The notes under the pieces were generated by a model that was not told the DNA's origin, ran no database searches, and saw nothing but the letters and a program-made list of their open reading frames with translations. Positions 40,796 to 51,170 of a stretch of 64,000 nucleotides of DNA are shown here, one piece after another (within the stretch, counting starts at the first letter, position 1; each line of letters begins with the position of its first letter). Both the position numbers and the translations under genes were made by a program. Source of the DNA: an uncultured Alphaproteobacteria bacterium. GTDB lineage: Bacteria > Pseudomonadota > Alphaproteobacteria > Rs-D84. The DNA is taken from NCBI GenBank assembly GCA_944389515.1, contig CALXMQ010000002.1:71094-135093 (forward strand), in the 5' to 3' direction.

Positions 40796-42560
40796 AGAAG
40801 TTGCACGTACTTTTGACCGACGCAGTGCACTGTTTTTAACAGCAGGTGCAATTTTAACATCTGCATTAGTGTTGCGGATGCTGCAAATGCAACTGTTTAA
40901 TTATCGCGAATACACAAAAAAAAGTGAAAATAATTCTTTTCGTATCCAGATAAATATGCCAGAAAGGGGAAAAATTTTATCCGCCAGTGGCAGTCCAATA
41001 TCACGCGATGTAAAAACATACCGTATATATATTGTTCCCGAAGAAACAACAGATATTGATAATGTAATATCCGTTGTTGCAAATGAATTAAAACTGAATA
41101 AAAAAAGAATAAACAGAATATATGCTAAAATAAAAAAACAGGCACGATTCCAGCCTGTTTTAATCAGTGAAAATTCTAATTGGTCTGATTTGGCCGCATT
41201 ACAGGCAAAAAATATTCCTGGTCTGCATGTACGCAGTGGATTTGCCCGTGTTTATGAAATGGGACCGGCCGGTGCACAAATATTTGGATACGTTGGTGAC
41301 CCACCAAAGCCAGTTGAAAATGCACCATTTTTTACCACTGGGATAACAGGGCTGGAAAAACGATTTAATGATGAATTGGCTGGGATACCTGGGCAAACAG
41401 TGATGATTACAAATGCGGTTGGACGTGTCACTGGCGAAGATAAATCACAATTCAAACCTGCAATCGTTGGAACAGATGTACGCACAACAATAAATGATGC
41501 CGCACAACGTACAATGTATGATGCACTGATGCAAAATCGTGCCGGGTGTGGTGTTGCGTTGGATATTGATACCGGCGATATCTTAGCAATGGTATCAACC
41601 CCCAGTTTTGATGCAAATATGTTCACAACTGATGATGCAGATGAATATATTACTTCTTTGCGTAATGATTATATGAAACCGTTTATGAACAAAACAATCG
41701 AAGGATTGTACCCCCCAGGTTCAACCTTCAAAATTGTTGTTGCATTGGCGGCATTGGAATCAGGGGCAATTACACCAAACGAAAAAATATTCTGTCCAGG
41801 ACATTGGGATTATGGTGATCGACGTTATCACTGTTGGGAAACCAAGGGACACGGCTGGGTAACATTGGCCGATGCGTTAAAGCATTCTTGTGATATTTAT
41901 TTTTATCAGTTGGCATTAAAAATTGGTATTGATTCTATCAAAGAAATGGCATTGAAACTGGGGCTGTCACAAAAATATATGGATAATGTTTTATCGCGTG
42001 AAATGGTTGGCGTTATCCCAGACAGATACTGGAAGGAAGAAAAAATAGGATATTCATGGGTACATGGTGACACAATTATTTCTGGGATTGGCCAGGGATT
42101 TACATTGACAAATTGTCTGCAACTGGCGGTAATGATGGCGCGGACAGCATCTAATCGTGTTGTTATGCCACGATTGATTTTAACCGATGAAAAGCCAAAA
42201 TTTGATAAACTGGGGTTACAGCAAAAAAATGTAAATGCCGTATTACGTGGATTGGAAATGGTGACACGTCGTGGCGGAACCGCCGCAGGCAGTGCAATAA
42301 ATGTAAATGGGGCACGCATGGGCGGCAAAACAGGAACGTCCCAGGTACGCAGTATTTCACGCGCAGAACGCGAAAGTGGTGTATTGACCAATGAACAATT
42401 AAAATGGAATATGCGTAATCATGGATTATTTGTTGGATATGCACCAACAAATAAACCCAAATATGTGGTATGCGCCATAACAGAACATTCTGGGGGCAGT
42501 GGACCGGCCGCACGCACAGTTGCCGCCGTAATGCGCACTTTATTGGGGGATAAAAAATAA
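40785..42560 (+). CDS. mrdA: penicillin-binding protein 2 (peptidoglycan D,D-transpeptidase MrdA)
   Basis: SxxK motif STFK, SxN, and KTG motif KTGTSQ. Confidence 0.9.
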   Translation: MIDKEVARTFDRRSALFLTAGAILTSALVLRMLQMQLFNYREYTKKSENNSFRIQINMPERGKILSASGSPISRDVKTYRIYIVPEETTDIDNVISVVANELKLNKKRINRIYAKIKKQARFQPVLISENSNWSDLAALQAKNIPGLHVRSGFARVYEMGPAGAQIFGYVGDPPKPVENAPFFTTGITGLEKRFNDELAGIPGQTVMITNAVGRVTGEDKSQFKPAIVGTDVRTTINDAAQRTMYDALMQNRAGCGVALDIDTGDILAMVSTPSFDANMFTTDDADEYITSLRNDYMKPFMNKTIEGLYPPGSTFKIVVALAALESGAITPNEKIFCPGHWDYGDRRYHCWETKGHGWVTLADALKHSCDIYFYQLALKIGIDSIKEMALKLGLSQKYMDNVLSREMVGVIPDRYWKEEKIGYSWVHGDTIISGIGQGFTLTNCLQLAVMMARTASNRVVMPRLILTDEKPKFDKLGLQQKNVNAVLRGLEMVTRRGGTAAGSAINVNGARMGGKTGTSQVRSISRAERESGVLTNEQLKWNMRNHGLFVGYAPTNKPKYVVCAITEHSGGSGPAARTVAAVMRTLLGDKK

Positions 42561-42562
42561 AA

Positions 42563-43708
42563 ATGGCACGTCAAACACGCGTTTCAAATGCCAGTATGAT
42601 GAGTTTTCCTGAAAAACTTAGCCGTTTTTCATGGGCAATGTTTATCCCAATGTGTTTGATATTGGCGGTGTCTATTGTTGTTCTGTATTCCGCAGGCGGT
42701 GGTGCGTGGCGGCCGTTTGCTTTATCACAACTGATAAAAATTGTTTTGGGATTTTGTGTGTTCTTTTTTGCCGCGTTTACCAATATTAAAACATGGATAA
42801 AATCTGCGTATTTAATATATGCCATTGCATTGGTAATGATTGTGCTGGTTACATTTGTTGGGCATACTGGTATGGGTGCGCAAAGATGGCTGAATCTGGG
42901 TTTTTTTCATGTTCAACCATCAGAACTGATTAAAATCGCGTTGGTGTTGGCGTTGGCCAGATATTTTGCATGGATGAATTCCGTTGAACTGACGCAAATT
43001 AAAAATTATGCGGTGCCGTTGGCAATGCTGTTGGTGCCATTTGTATTGATTGTGGCGCAACCTGATTTAGGAACAGCGTTATCATTGGGCATGATTACTG
43101 TTGGGATATTTTATATTGTTGGCGCACAAAAAAAGTGGTTTATCATTGCAATTATACTGGGACTGATGGCGGCACCATTGATGTGGTTTGGGGGACTGCA
43201 TGATTATCAACGCGACAGAATAATTACATTTATAAATCCAGACCATGATGCCCAAGGCGCCGGATATCAAATAAATCAGGCGAAAATCGCATTTGGGTCT
43301 GGTGGTATGTTGGGCAAAGGGTATATGGCCGGCACACAATCACAGCAATCTTTTTTGCCTGAAAAGCAAACTGATTTTATATTTACTATGTTGGGCGAAG
43401 AATTTGGATTTATTGGCGCATTTGCTTTGCTGATGTTATATACAATTATAATAATAGTATTATTTTGGTGCGCCAAAACATGCCGCAACAGATTTGGACA
43501 ACTGGTATGTTTTGGTTTTATGTTGAACTTTTTCATTTATTATTTTATAAATATTTCCATGGTTCTGGGATTGATGCCAACCGTCGGGGTACCGTTGCCA
43601 TTGATGTCGTTTGGTGGCAGCAGTTTATTATCACTGATGTTTGGATTTGGTCTGTGCCAGAACGCACATATTCACAAAGATCAACAGTTATCTGCCAAAG
43701 GAAGTTAA
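42563..43708 (+). CDS. mrdB: peptidoglycan glycosyltransferase RodA (SEDS family)
   Basis: Polytopic. The QPDLGTAL motif of FtsW/RodA. Confidence 0.9.
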   Translation: MARQTRVSNASMMSFPEKLSRFSWAMFIPMCLILAVSIVVLYSAGGGAWRPFALSQLIKIVLGFCVFFFAAFTNIKTWIKSAYLIYAIALVMIVLVTFVGHTGMGAQRWLNLGFFHVQPSELIKIALVLALARYFAWMNSVELTQIKNYAVPLAMLLVPFVLIVAQPDLGTALSLGMITVGIFYIVGAQKKWFIIAIILGLMAAPLMWFGGLHDYQRDRIITFINPDHDAQGAGYQINQAKIAFGSGGMLGKGYMAGTQSQQSFLPEKQTDFIFTMLGEEFGFIGAFALLMLYTIIIIVLFWCAKTCRNRFGQLVCFGFMLNFFIYYFINISMVLGLMPTVGVPLPLMSFGGSSLLSLMFGFGLCQNAHIHKDQQLSAKGS

Positions 43709-43711
43709 ATT

Positions 43712-45982
43712 ATGAATTTGCTTATTGTTGAATCACCGTCCAAGGCAAAAACAATCGAAAAATATCTGGGGGCCGGATGGCGCGTTATCGCATCTGTTGG
43801 TCATGTGCGTGATTTAGTTCCTGAAAACGGCAGTGTTGATACAGAACATGATTTTGCAATGCGTTGGCAAATTATGCCGGGTAAAGAAAAACAAATAAAA
43901 CAAATTATTACAGAATTAAACAAGGCTGATGCAATATATTTGGCGTCCGACCCGGATCGCGAAGGTGAAGCCATCGCATGGCATATCTTAGATATCTTAA
44001 ATGCAAAAAAGGTTTTAGATGGTAAAAAAGTTTATCGTGTCGCATTTCATGAAATAACAAAAAAGGCTGTGATGGACGCAATCGCCCATCCGCGTGAGAT
44101 TGATAAAAACTTGGTTGATGCATATCTGGTACGTCGCGCATTAGATTATTTGATTGGATTTGGTATCTCACCATTATTGTGGCGCCGTAATCTGGGGCGC
44201 AGTGCAGGGCGTGTACAATCTGTGGCTGTGAAATTAGTTGTCGACCGTGAACGTGAAATAGAATCTTTTAAGCCGGTTGAATATTGGTCTTTGGGTGCAA
44301 TTTGTGTCAAAGATAAAGATTCTTTTAATGCACAACTGATAAATTTTGATGGTAAAAAAATTGAAAAAATGACCATTGAAAATAACGCGTATATGCATGA
44401 AATCCTGGGAAAAATTGGTGAACCAGTAATACATGCAAACGTTATTTCTGTGGATAAAAAGAAAACGTCACGACGCGCCGCGGCACCATTTACGACCAGT
44501 ACATTGCAACAAGAAGCCGCAAGAAAATTATACTTTTCTTCTAAACGTACAATGGCAACTGCGCAAAAATTGTATGAACAAGGATTGATTACATATATGC
44601 GTACAGACGCAACGAATTTATCGGCAGATGCGGTAAGTGAAATTCGTGCATATATTGGCAAAAATTATGGTGAAAAATTCGTTCCAAAATCACCAAACGT
44701 ATATGTTACAAAATCTAAAAATGCCCAAGAAGCACACGAAGCAATTCGTCCAACTCATTTTGACGAAAATAAACCTGAACTGGCTGGGGACGAAGCGAAA
44801 TTGTACGATTTGATTTGGAAACGTACCATCGCGTGTCAAATGACCAATGCAGAATTTGACAGTGTGGCCGCAGATATTGAAATACAAAATAAATCTGCTG
44901 TATTTCATGCGGTTGGAACAACACGAACATTTGATGGATTTATGCGCGTTTATACCGAAGATCGCGATGATACTGATGAAAATACAGAAACTAAATTACC
45001 ATCTTTATCTGTGGGGGATGAAATACAAATAACAGAATTAAAACCAGAACAACATTTTACCCAACCGCCAGCCAGATATACCGAAGCATCATTGGTAAAA
45101 AAATTAGAAGAATTGGGAATCGGGCGTCCATCAACATATGCGACAATTATGTCTACTATTGTTGATCGTAAATATGTAGAACAAGATAAACAACGCAGAT
45201 TTCATCCAACACCTGGTGGATGGGTGATTTCTGCGTATTTATCAAAATATTTTGATGATTTGGTCGATGTCAACTTTACTGCAAAAACCGAAGATACTTT
45301 GGATGACGTTTCAAATGGCAAGCAAAATAAACTGGATGCATTGCGTGCATTTTGGGGGCCAACATCTGAAATGATTGATGGTGCGCGTGATATTAAAACA
45401 GCGGATATTATAAATTCAATAAATGAAATTATGCATGACCATTTATTCACAGATGGTAACGATAAATGTCCAAAATGTGGCGGAAAATTAGGGATAAAAT
45501 TATCTAAATATGGCGCATTTATTGGATGTGAAAATTATCCTAAGTGTGATTATACACAACGTTTGGGTAATATTGATACACAATCAGAAAATTCTGAAAA
45601 TACACATGAATCAGAACAGAAAAAAAATTCTAATATTGATTTAGGTGATGGAATTTCATTTCGTGTTGGAAAATTTGGCCCATATGTAACAGATGGTAAA
45701 AAAAATGTCCCAGCAAAACAATATACTGCAGATACAATTACATTAGATATTGCACGTGATTTATTAGAAAATGGTGTAAAAAAGGCGGAACCAATAAATC
45801 TGGGTGATAATCCAGTAACTGGTAAACCTATATTTTATTATCCAACTGGGCGATATGGTGCGTATATTTCATCAAATCGCGTAAATGTTTCTGTCAAAGA
45901 ACAACCAAGTTTAGATACAGCGATTGATTTAATAAATAATAAAAAGACGTCACCAAAATTCAAAAGGGGATTGCGTAAATAA
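43712..45982 (+). CDS. topA: DNA topoisomerase I
   Basis: TOPRIM N-terminus LIVESPSKAKTIEKYLG, active-site Tyr region, and a C-terminal Zn-ribbon CPKCGG...C. Confidence 0.95.
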   Translation: MNLLIVESPSKAKTIEKYLGAGWRVIASVGHVRDLVPENGSVDTEHDFAMRWQIMPGKEKQIKQIITELNKADAIYLASDPDREGEAIAWHILDILNAKKVLDGKKVYRVAFHEITKKAVMDAIAHPREIDKNLVDAYLVRRALDYLIGFGISPLLWRRNLGRSAGRVQSVAVKLVVDREREIESFKPVEYWSLGAICVKDKDSFNAQLINFDGKKIEKMTIENNAYMHEILGKIGEPVIHANVISVDKKKTSRRAAAPFTTSTLQQEAARKLYFSSKRTMATAQKLYEQGLITYMRTDATNLSADAVSEIRAYIGKNYGEKFVPKSPNVYVTKSKNAQEAHEAIRPTHFDENKPELAGDEAKLYDLIWKRTIACQMTNAEFDSVAADIEIQNKSAVFHAVGTTRTFDGFMRVYTEDRDDTDENTETKLPSLSVGDEIQITELKPEQHFTQPPARYTEASLVKKLEELGIGRPSTYATIMSTIVDRKYVEQDKQRRFHPTPGGWVISAYLSKYFDDLVDVNFTAKTEDTLDDVSNGKQNKLDALRAFWGPTSEMIDGARDIKTADIINSINEIMHDHLFTDGNDKCPKCGGKLGIKLSKYGAFIGCENYPKCDYTQRLGNIDTQSENSENTHESEQKKNSNIDLGDGISFRVGKFGPYVTDGKKNVPAKQYTADTITLDIARDLLENGVKKAEPINLGDNPVTGKPIFYYPTGRYGAYISSNRVNVSVKEQPSLDTAIDLINNKKTSPKFKRGLRK

Positions 45983-47598
45983 TGCCAAAATATGACAGAA
46001 ATTTTACCGATGAATTACGTGAAAGATTATCTGTTGTTGATATTGTTGGACGCCGTGTGCCATTGGTAAAAAAGGGTCAAAATTATTGGGGGTGTTGCCC
46101 ATTTCATAATGAAAAAACACCCAGTTTTTCTGTCAATGAAGAAAAAGGGTTTTATCATTGTTTTGGATGTGGCGAACATGGCGATATCATTTCTTTTGTA
46201 ATGAAATCTGAAAATGTAGATTTCAAAACTGCAATCACAGAACTGGCGGCCCAGGCAGGATTAAAAATGCCGGATTATAAACCAAAGCCTGCATCACAAA
46301 TTGCACGTGAAGAATCGTATTATCAAATCATGTCAGATGCATGTGATATTTATCAAAAAATGTTGTTGGATTCATCTGGTGCACATGCGTTGGAATATAT
46401 ACGTCGGCGCGGATTTAATGATGATATGATAAAAAAATATCGTATTGGATATGCGCCTAAAAATAACATCATCGCAAATAAATTTATAAATGTAAAACAA
46501 GATAATTTATTGGCAACTGGTATGTGCCGCCGGGGCGATTATGGGTTATACGATTTCTTTCGTGATAAATTGATGTTCCCAATATTCAATGCACATGGTC
46601 AAATTGTTGCTTTTTCAGGACGTTCATTAGATGGCAGTGAACCAAAATATATAAATACAACAGATACAGAATTATTCCATAAACGTCGTACTATATTTGG
46701 ATTCAATTTTGCACGTGATGCAATTCATCGCGCAAATCGCAGCATTGTTGTCGAAGGACAAATAGATGCAATACAAATGCAATGCAACGGTTTTCCAGAA
46801 ACTGTTGCGCCACTGGGGACAGCATTGACCGAAGACCATATATCAATGTTATGCAAGGCAAATAGAAATATTGTTTTTTGCTTTGATGGTGATGCGGCTG
46901 GGCAAAAGGCCGCTGCACGTGCATGTGATATTGTTATGCCTTTTCTGCGCGATGCGTCTGATGTTAAATTCGCTTTTGTAACTGGTGGCAAAGATCCAGA
47001 CGAAGTATTAAAAGTTGGTGGGCCAGTTGCCATGCAAAAAATTATTGATGGTGCAATTTCATTGGTTGATTTTTTATGGAACGCGGCAAACGCCGGATTT
47101 AATGTATCTACGCCTGGTGGACGCAGTCAGGCAGAAAAATTCATAAAACAAAAAACAGACAAAATAACAGATGTAAATTTACGTGTGGAATACGAACAAG
47201 AATATAAACAACGTATATTTAATAATTGGCATAAATGGAAAAAAAATTCACAAAATATTCCACGAATTGACATGCCAACTGTTGATGATATCACAAAAAA
47301 TACTGTGATTTTTATCGTGAATAAATATCCACAAATCGCAGAAAGATATGGGGATTTCTTGGCAACATTAAATATAAATTTTGATGAAAATGTGCCAGAT
47401 ATAAATATTGATGATAAATCAGCAGAAAAATTTATTGTTTCATTAAAACTGCAAAAATATATGGCACGTTTGCAATCTGAAAAAAAAGATTTAACTGCAA
47501 AATTATTAGCAGGCGAAAATGTTCGTGATAAAATTTCCGCGCTGGATGCACAAATCCGCGATGCACAACAAAAAATAGATACTTTGGTTACTATATAA
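45982..47598 (+). CDS. dnaG: DNA primase
   Basis: CHC2 zinc finger CCPFHNEKTPSFSV...CFGCGEHGD, and a TOPRIM domain. Confidence 0.9.
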   Translation: MPKYDRNFTDELRERLSVVDIVGRRVPLVKKGQNYWGCCPFHNEKTPSFSVNEEKGFYHCFGCGEHGDIISFVMKSENVDFKTAITELAAQAGLKMPDYKPKPASQIAREESYYQIMSDACDIYQKMLLDSSGAHALEYIRRRGFNDDMIKKYRIGYAPKNNIIANKFINVKQDNLLATGMCRRGDYGLYDFFRDKLMFPIFNAHGQIVAFSGRSLDGSEPKYINTTDTELFHKRRTIFGFNFARDAIHRANRSIVVEGQIDAIQMQCNGFPETVAPLGTALTEDHISMLCKANRNIVFCFDGDAAGQKAAARACDIVMPFLRDASDVKFAFVTGGKDPDEVLKVGGPVAMQKIIDGAISLVDFLWNAANAGFNVSTPGGRSQAEKFIKQKTDKITDVNLRVEYEQEYKQRIFNNWHKWKKNSQNIPRIDMPTVDDITKNTVIFIVNKYPQIAERYGDFLATLNINFDENVPDINIDDKSAEKFIVSLKLQKYMARLQSEKKDLTAKLLAGENVRDKISALDAQIRDAQQKIDTLVTI

Positions 47599-47600
47599 AA

Positions 47601-47954
47601 ATGAATAAAAAATATACTTATCTTTTTCGTGAAGTGGGACAAAAAAATCCATCGTCTTATTTTATACCACTGAAAATGCAACCGGTGACTTTGTCATATA
47701 TATTACAAATGCTGGCGCGAACAAATTCATCATTGCGCCGATTTCAAATTGGAATTCAAACAGAAAAAAATAAAATAAAAAAAGTAAAATGGAATTCTAC
47801 GATATATAATATATGTGATGGTAAATCAGATGTACAAACAAATCAAAAAAACACAGTTATATTGGATAAAAATTTCAAAATAATATCAACATCACATCCA
47901 ACAATATTACAAATAATAAAAAATTATATAAAACCAAACGATATTGTCAGATAA
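47601..47954 (+). CDS. hypothetical K/N-rich protein (about 22% GC), possibly not a real gene
   Basis: ORF only. Occupies the position where rpoD usually follows dnaG. Confidence 0.2.
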   Translation: MNKKYTYLFREVGQKNPSSYFIPLKMQPVTLSYILQMLARTNSSLRRFQIGIQTEKNKIKKVKWNSTIYNICDGKSDVQTNQKNTVILDKNFKIISTSHPTILQIIKNYIKPNDIVR

Positions 47955-47987
47955 AAAAATACCGGTAAATACCGGTATTTTTTATAA
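47952..47987. terminator. bidirectional terminator
   Basis: ataccggtaaataccggtat followed by a T-run. Confidence 0.55.
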
Positions 47988-47989
47988 AT

Positions 47990-49069
47990 TTAATTATTAA
48001 ACAAGAAATGGCAAATATCGCCGTCTTGCATAACATATTCTTTGCCAACCAGCCGCATTTTGCCGGCTTCTTTTACCGCAACTTCGCCACCAAGCGCAAT
48101 AAAATCGGATGGTGATATAATTTCTGCACGAATAAATCCACGTTCAAAATCGGTGTGAATTTTACCGGCGGCCTGGGGCGCGGTCATACCACGCGTAATT
48201 GTCCATGCGTGTGCTTCTTTGGGGCCAACGGTATAAAAAGTTTGCAGTCCCAATGTCGCGTAACCTGTGCGAATAATTTTGTCTAGACCAGATTCTGACA
48301 ATCCTAAATCATCCAGAAACATTTTACGTTCTGATGGGTCAACAATTTGTGCGATTTCCATTTCTATTTTTGATGAAATTATCAGTACTGGCGCCGTGTC
48401 ACCATATTTTTCACGTACAGAATCTGAAAATTTATTTCCAGTCGCAGCCGCAGATTCATCAACATTGCATACATAAATAACAGGCTTTGCCGTCAATAAA
48501 TTAAATGGTGTGGCATCAACCCCAGATGCACGTGCCGGCGTCCCAGCCGCCAATCCATTACGGATTTGATTTGCATCCGCCAATAATTTAATTGCAACTT
48601 TATCCAGACCATGCGCTTTTTTTTCAAGATTTTTTATCTGTTTGTCCAGACTGTCCATATCTGCCAACATCAATTCTGTTTCAATCGTATCAATATCAGA
48701 CAATGGATCTATACGGCCATTTACATGAACAATATCATCATTTTCAAAACATCTGACAACATGAATTATTGCATCTGTTGATAATATATTGCCTAAAAAT
48801 TTATTTCCCAACCCTTCGCCAGCAGATGCACCACGTACCAAACCTGCGATATCAACAATTTCCAGTTGGGTTGGTATTATTTTTTGCGATTTTGCAACAT
48901 CTGCTAACTTATGCAACGTTTCATCTGGCACAACAACGCGGCCAGTATTTGGTTCGATTGTGCAAAACGGATAATTTTGTGCATCCGCCGCCGCACTTTG
49001 TGTCAATGCATTAAACAGTGTAGATTTACCAACATTTGGTAATCCGACAATTCCACAGTTGAATCCCAT
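47990..49069 (-). CDS. ychF: redox-regulated ATPase YchF
   Basis: G1 motif GIVGLPNVGKST, and a TGS C-domain. Confidence 0.9.
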   Translation of the reverse strand: MGFNCGIVGLPNVGKSTLFNALTQSAAADAQNYPFCTIEPNTGRVVVPDETLHKLADVAKSQKIIPTQLEIVDIAGLVRGASAGEGLGNKFLGNILSTDAIIHVVRCFENDDIVHVNGRIDPLSDIDTIETELMLADMDSLDKQIKNLEKKAHGLDKVAIKLLADANQIRNGLAAGTPARASGVDATPFNLLTAKPVIYVCNVDESAAATGNKFSDSVREKYGDTAPVLIISSKIEMEIAQIVDPSERKMFLDDLGLSESGLDKIIRTGYATLGLQTFYTVGPKEAHAWTITRGMTAPQAAGKIHTDFERGFIRAEIISPSDFIALGGEVAVKEAGKMRLVGKEYVMQDGDICHFLFNN

Positions 49070-49095
49070 TTTATTTCCTTTATAATGCCAATAAT

Positions 49096-49776
49096 ATGTC
49101 ATACATGTGGGACGAATTCAATATAAAAACCTTTGACGCGGAAACAGTTGTTTATCGCGATGGTGTGTTTTGCCCGGAATTATCAACAATCGTTGGTACT
49201 GATTTTTATGAAAAATATAACAAGCCTGTTCATATCATATATGTTGGTGAAATTGCCGGTGAAAACCGGTTAAATGTGAATATTTTTGCACAAAACCAAC
49301 CAATATTTTTGTCTGCACGTATAAAAAATAAAAAGCCGGCCTTTTTGAACATTTTTATCAAAAATGCCGGGAAAAATTCTGAATTTCGTGGCCATGTTAT
49401 GTTGGAAAATTTTAACGATGTAAAATTTAATTGTGTGGCAAATCATGTTGTGTCTGACACAACAATTTTAGTTAAAACAAAATTATTGGCAGAAAGAAAT
49501 AGTATTTCAAAATTATCGGGTACCGCAATTATTGATAAAAATTGCAATGGTGTAATATCTGATATTGGATTTTCGGCATTGGCCGATAAAACTGCAAGAA
49601 TTGAATTTATGCCGGCACAACGTATATCCGCGGTGCCAGCATCGGCCGAACACAGCGCATCTATTTATCAACCAACATTATCACAAATTGAATATCTGCA
49701 CGGTGCAGGATTGTCGCACATGGAAACCGATACCGCATTACGCGAAGCGTTTATGAACGATTTTTCTTTGTTTTAA
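49096..49776 (+). CDS. hypothetical protein with a SufB/SufD-like beta-helix C-terminus (possible gene remnant)
   Basis: The C-terminal half (…PTLSQIEYLHGAGLSHMETDTALREAF) resembles the SufBD C-terminal consensus. At 226 aa it is about half the size of SufD. Confidence 0.3.
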   Translation: MSYMWDEFNIKTFDAETVVYRDGVFCPELSTIVGTDFYEKYNKPVHIIYVGEIAGENRLNVNIFAQNQPIFLSARIKNKKPAFLNIFIKNAGKNSEFRGHVMLENFNDVKFNCVANHVVSDTTILVKTKLLAERNSISKLSGTAIIDKNCNGVISDIGFSALADKTARIEFMPAQRISAVPASAEHSASIYQPTLSQIEYLHGAGLSHMETDTALREAFMNDFSLF

Positions 49777-49783
49777 TATTTAA

Positions 49784-50695
49784 TCAACGTGTATAAGTTT
49801 TATTATTCAATTTAGGCATATTGATATTAGATTTATTGGTTGAATATCTGTCGCATAGTTTTTCAACCTTGTCATCAAAACGTGATAATCTGTCACGATA
49901 ATATGCAATCCAACGTCGACCAAAATGTTCAGATGTTTCATTTTGACGCGCAGGAATATATGAAATTTCACGCATACATTTTTCCCAATCAGATTTTGTA
50001 GCGTTTTTTTCAATAAAATCTAAATAATCCGCGATTACATCAACCAGTTGTTTTCCACGACTGTTTTTTATATTACCACCAGCAGATAAAAATGCCTGAA
50101 TTCCAGCAAGATTGGCATACATTTCATCTTCGACCATTGTATATCCAACCCATTTCATTTTTTCAAAAATGTCACTGGGGGCATTTGGGTTCGGCATGGT
50201 GCGAATATATGCCCGGGTTCTTTGCGACATAGTATATTTTTTATTTATCCGTTTACGACGCCGAATAAAATCAAGCAAAGAAAAATCAAATTTATAATGA
50301 CCAGCAGCCAATTCCCGGGACTTGCGATATGCATGTGTCAATTCATGTGTCAAAATTTCAGCCATCATTTGTCGGTCGATAAAAACATTATCACCATCAA
50401 CACGCACAGGCATATTTATATTTAATTCCAGTTTGATTTTGCCATCACGTAATGAATTACCATTTATAAAAAATGCATCGGCAAATTCTTGGGCATGACC
50501 ATTATCATATTGTTCAGGGGTCAGTCTGTAAAAACAAAAAAATACACGTGATGCATCATCACGAATAAATTCAGGCGCCATCATTGCCGCATCAGTTGAA
50601 GGAATACGATATTTTGTTTCATATTTATCTGTTTTTTCAGATTTATATTTATTTATATATTTATCAATAACAGATAAAATATCCCCAGATTTCAT
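49784..50695 (-). CDS. hypothetical protein with HExxH metallopeptidase-like motif
   Basis: 303 aa, no signal peptide. The only recognisable feature is AEILTHELTHAYR. Confidence 0.35.
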   Translation of the reverse strand: MKSGDILSVIDKYINKYKSEKTDKYETKYRIPSTDAAMMAPEFIRDDASRVFFCFYRLTPEQYDNGHAQEFADAFFINGNSLRDGKIKLELNINMPVRVDGDNVFIDRQMMAEILTHELTHAYRKSRELAAGHYKFDFSLLDFIRRRKRINKKYTMSQRTRAYIRTMPNPNAPSDIFEKMKWVGYTMVEDEMYANLAGIQAFLSAGGNIKNSRGKQLVDVIADYLDFIEKNATKSDWEKCMREISYIPARQNETSEHFGRRWIAYYRDRLSRFDDKVEKLCDRYSTNKSNINMPKLNNKTYTR

Positions 50696-50749
50696 AATAA
50701 ATCCCCATAAAAAAATAACCCCACATTACCAGGGGTTATAAATATATTA

Positions 50750-50884
50750 TTATTTTTTTCTGAAACCCTGTTTAGCCTTTAACTTTGGGTTATTCGGGTC
50801 AATCAGGATTACCTGTTTACCACGGCGAATTTGTTTTACATTACCGCGTTTTTTCCAGGCCTTTAATGAACTTAAAAACTTCAT
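50750..50884 (-). CDS. rpmJ: 50S ribosomal protein L36, zinc-independent paralogue type (44 aa; below the ORF-track cutoff)
   Basis: Manual translation gives MKFLSSLKAWKKRGNVKQIRRGKQVILIDPNNPKLKAKQGFRKK, which matches the non-Cys L36 form (MKVLxSLK...RRGxxxVICxNPxxKQxQG). Terminator hairpin at 50715-50740. Confidence 0.75.
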   Translation of the reverse strand: MKFLSSLKAWKKRGNVKQIRRGKQVILIDPNNPKLKAKQGFRKK

Positions 50885-50974
50885 ATCTGTATCCTTTGTT
50901 GTGTGGCTATTATAAACGGTTTTTGTGAAAAATCAAATAATAAATAAATATTTGTTGTTGTAATAGGGGCTGTT

Positions 50975-51170
50975 TGTTTTGTTGAAAATTGTTTTTGACT
51001 TTTTATCAACAAGTTTTCAACAATTTTTTGCCGGATTTTAGGGAGTTTTTACACATTTGTTGAAAAATATAGGTGTTTAATAAACAGTTGAAAAATATAT
51101 ATGTTTTTAACAATTTTAACAATTTTTTGAAAACGCTTTTTATACTTGTTGAAAACTGTTGAAATTGTTA
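50975..51170 (+). promoter_or_regulatory. array of at least 6 direct TTGTTGAAAA(A)T repeats plus one inverted copy upstream of virB3
   Basis: Direct copies at 50979, 51056, 51085, 51147 and 51157. Inverted copy ttttcaacaa at 51015. Degenerate ttttaacaatttt copies at 51107-51126. Confidence 0.5.

Noticed and set aside
50899-50920. DnaA-box-like TGTGGCTAT near the virB3 upstream repeats
   Set aside because: Single copy with two mismatches to the consensus. Insufficient on its own.
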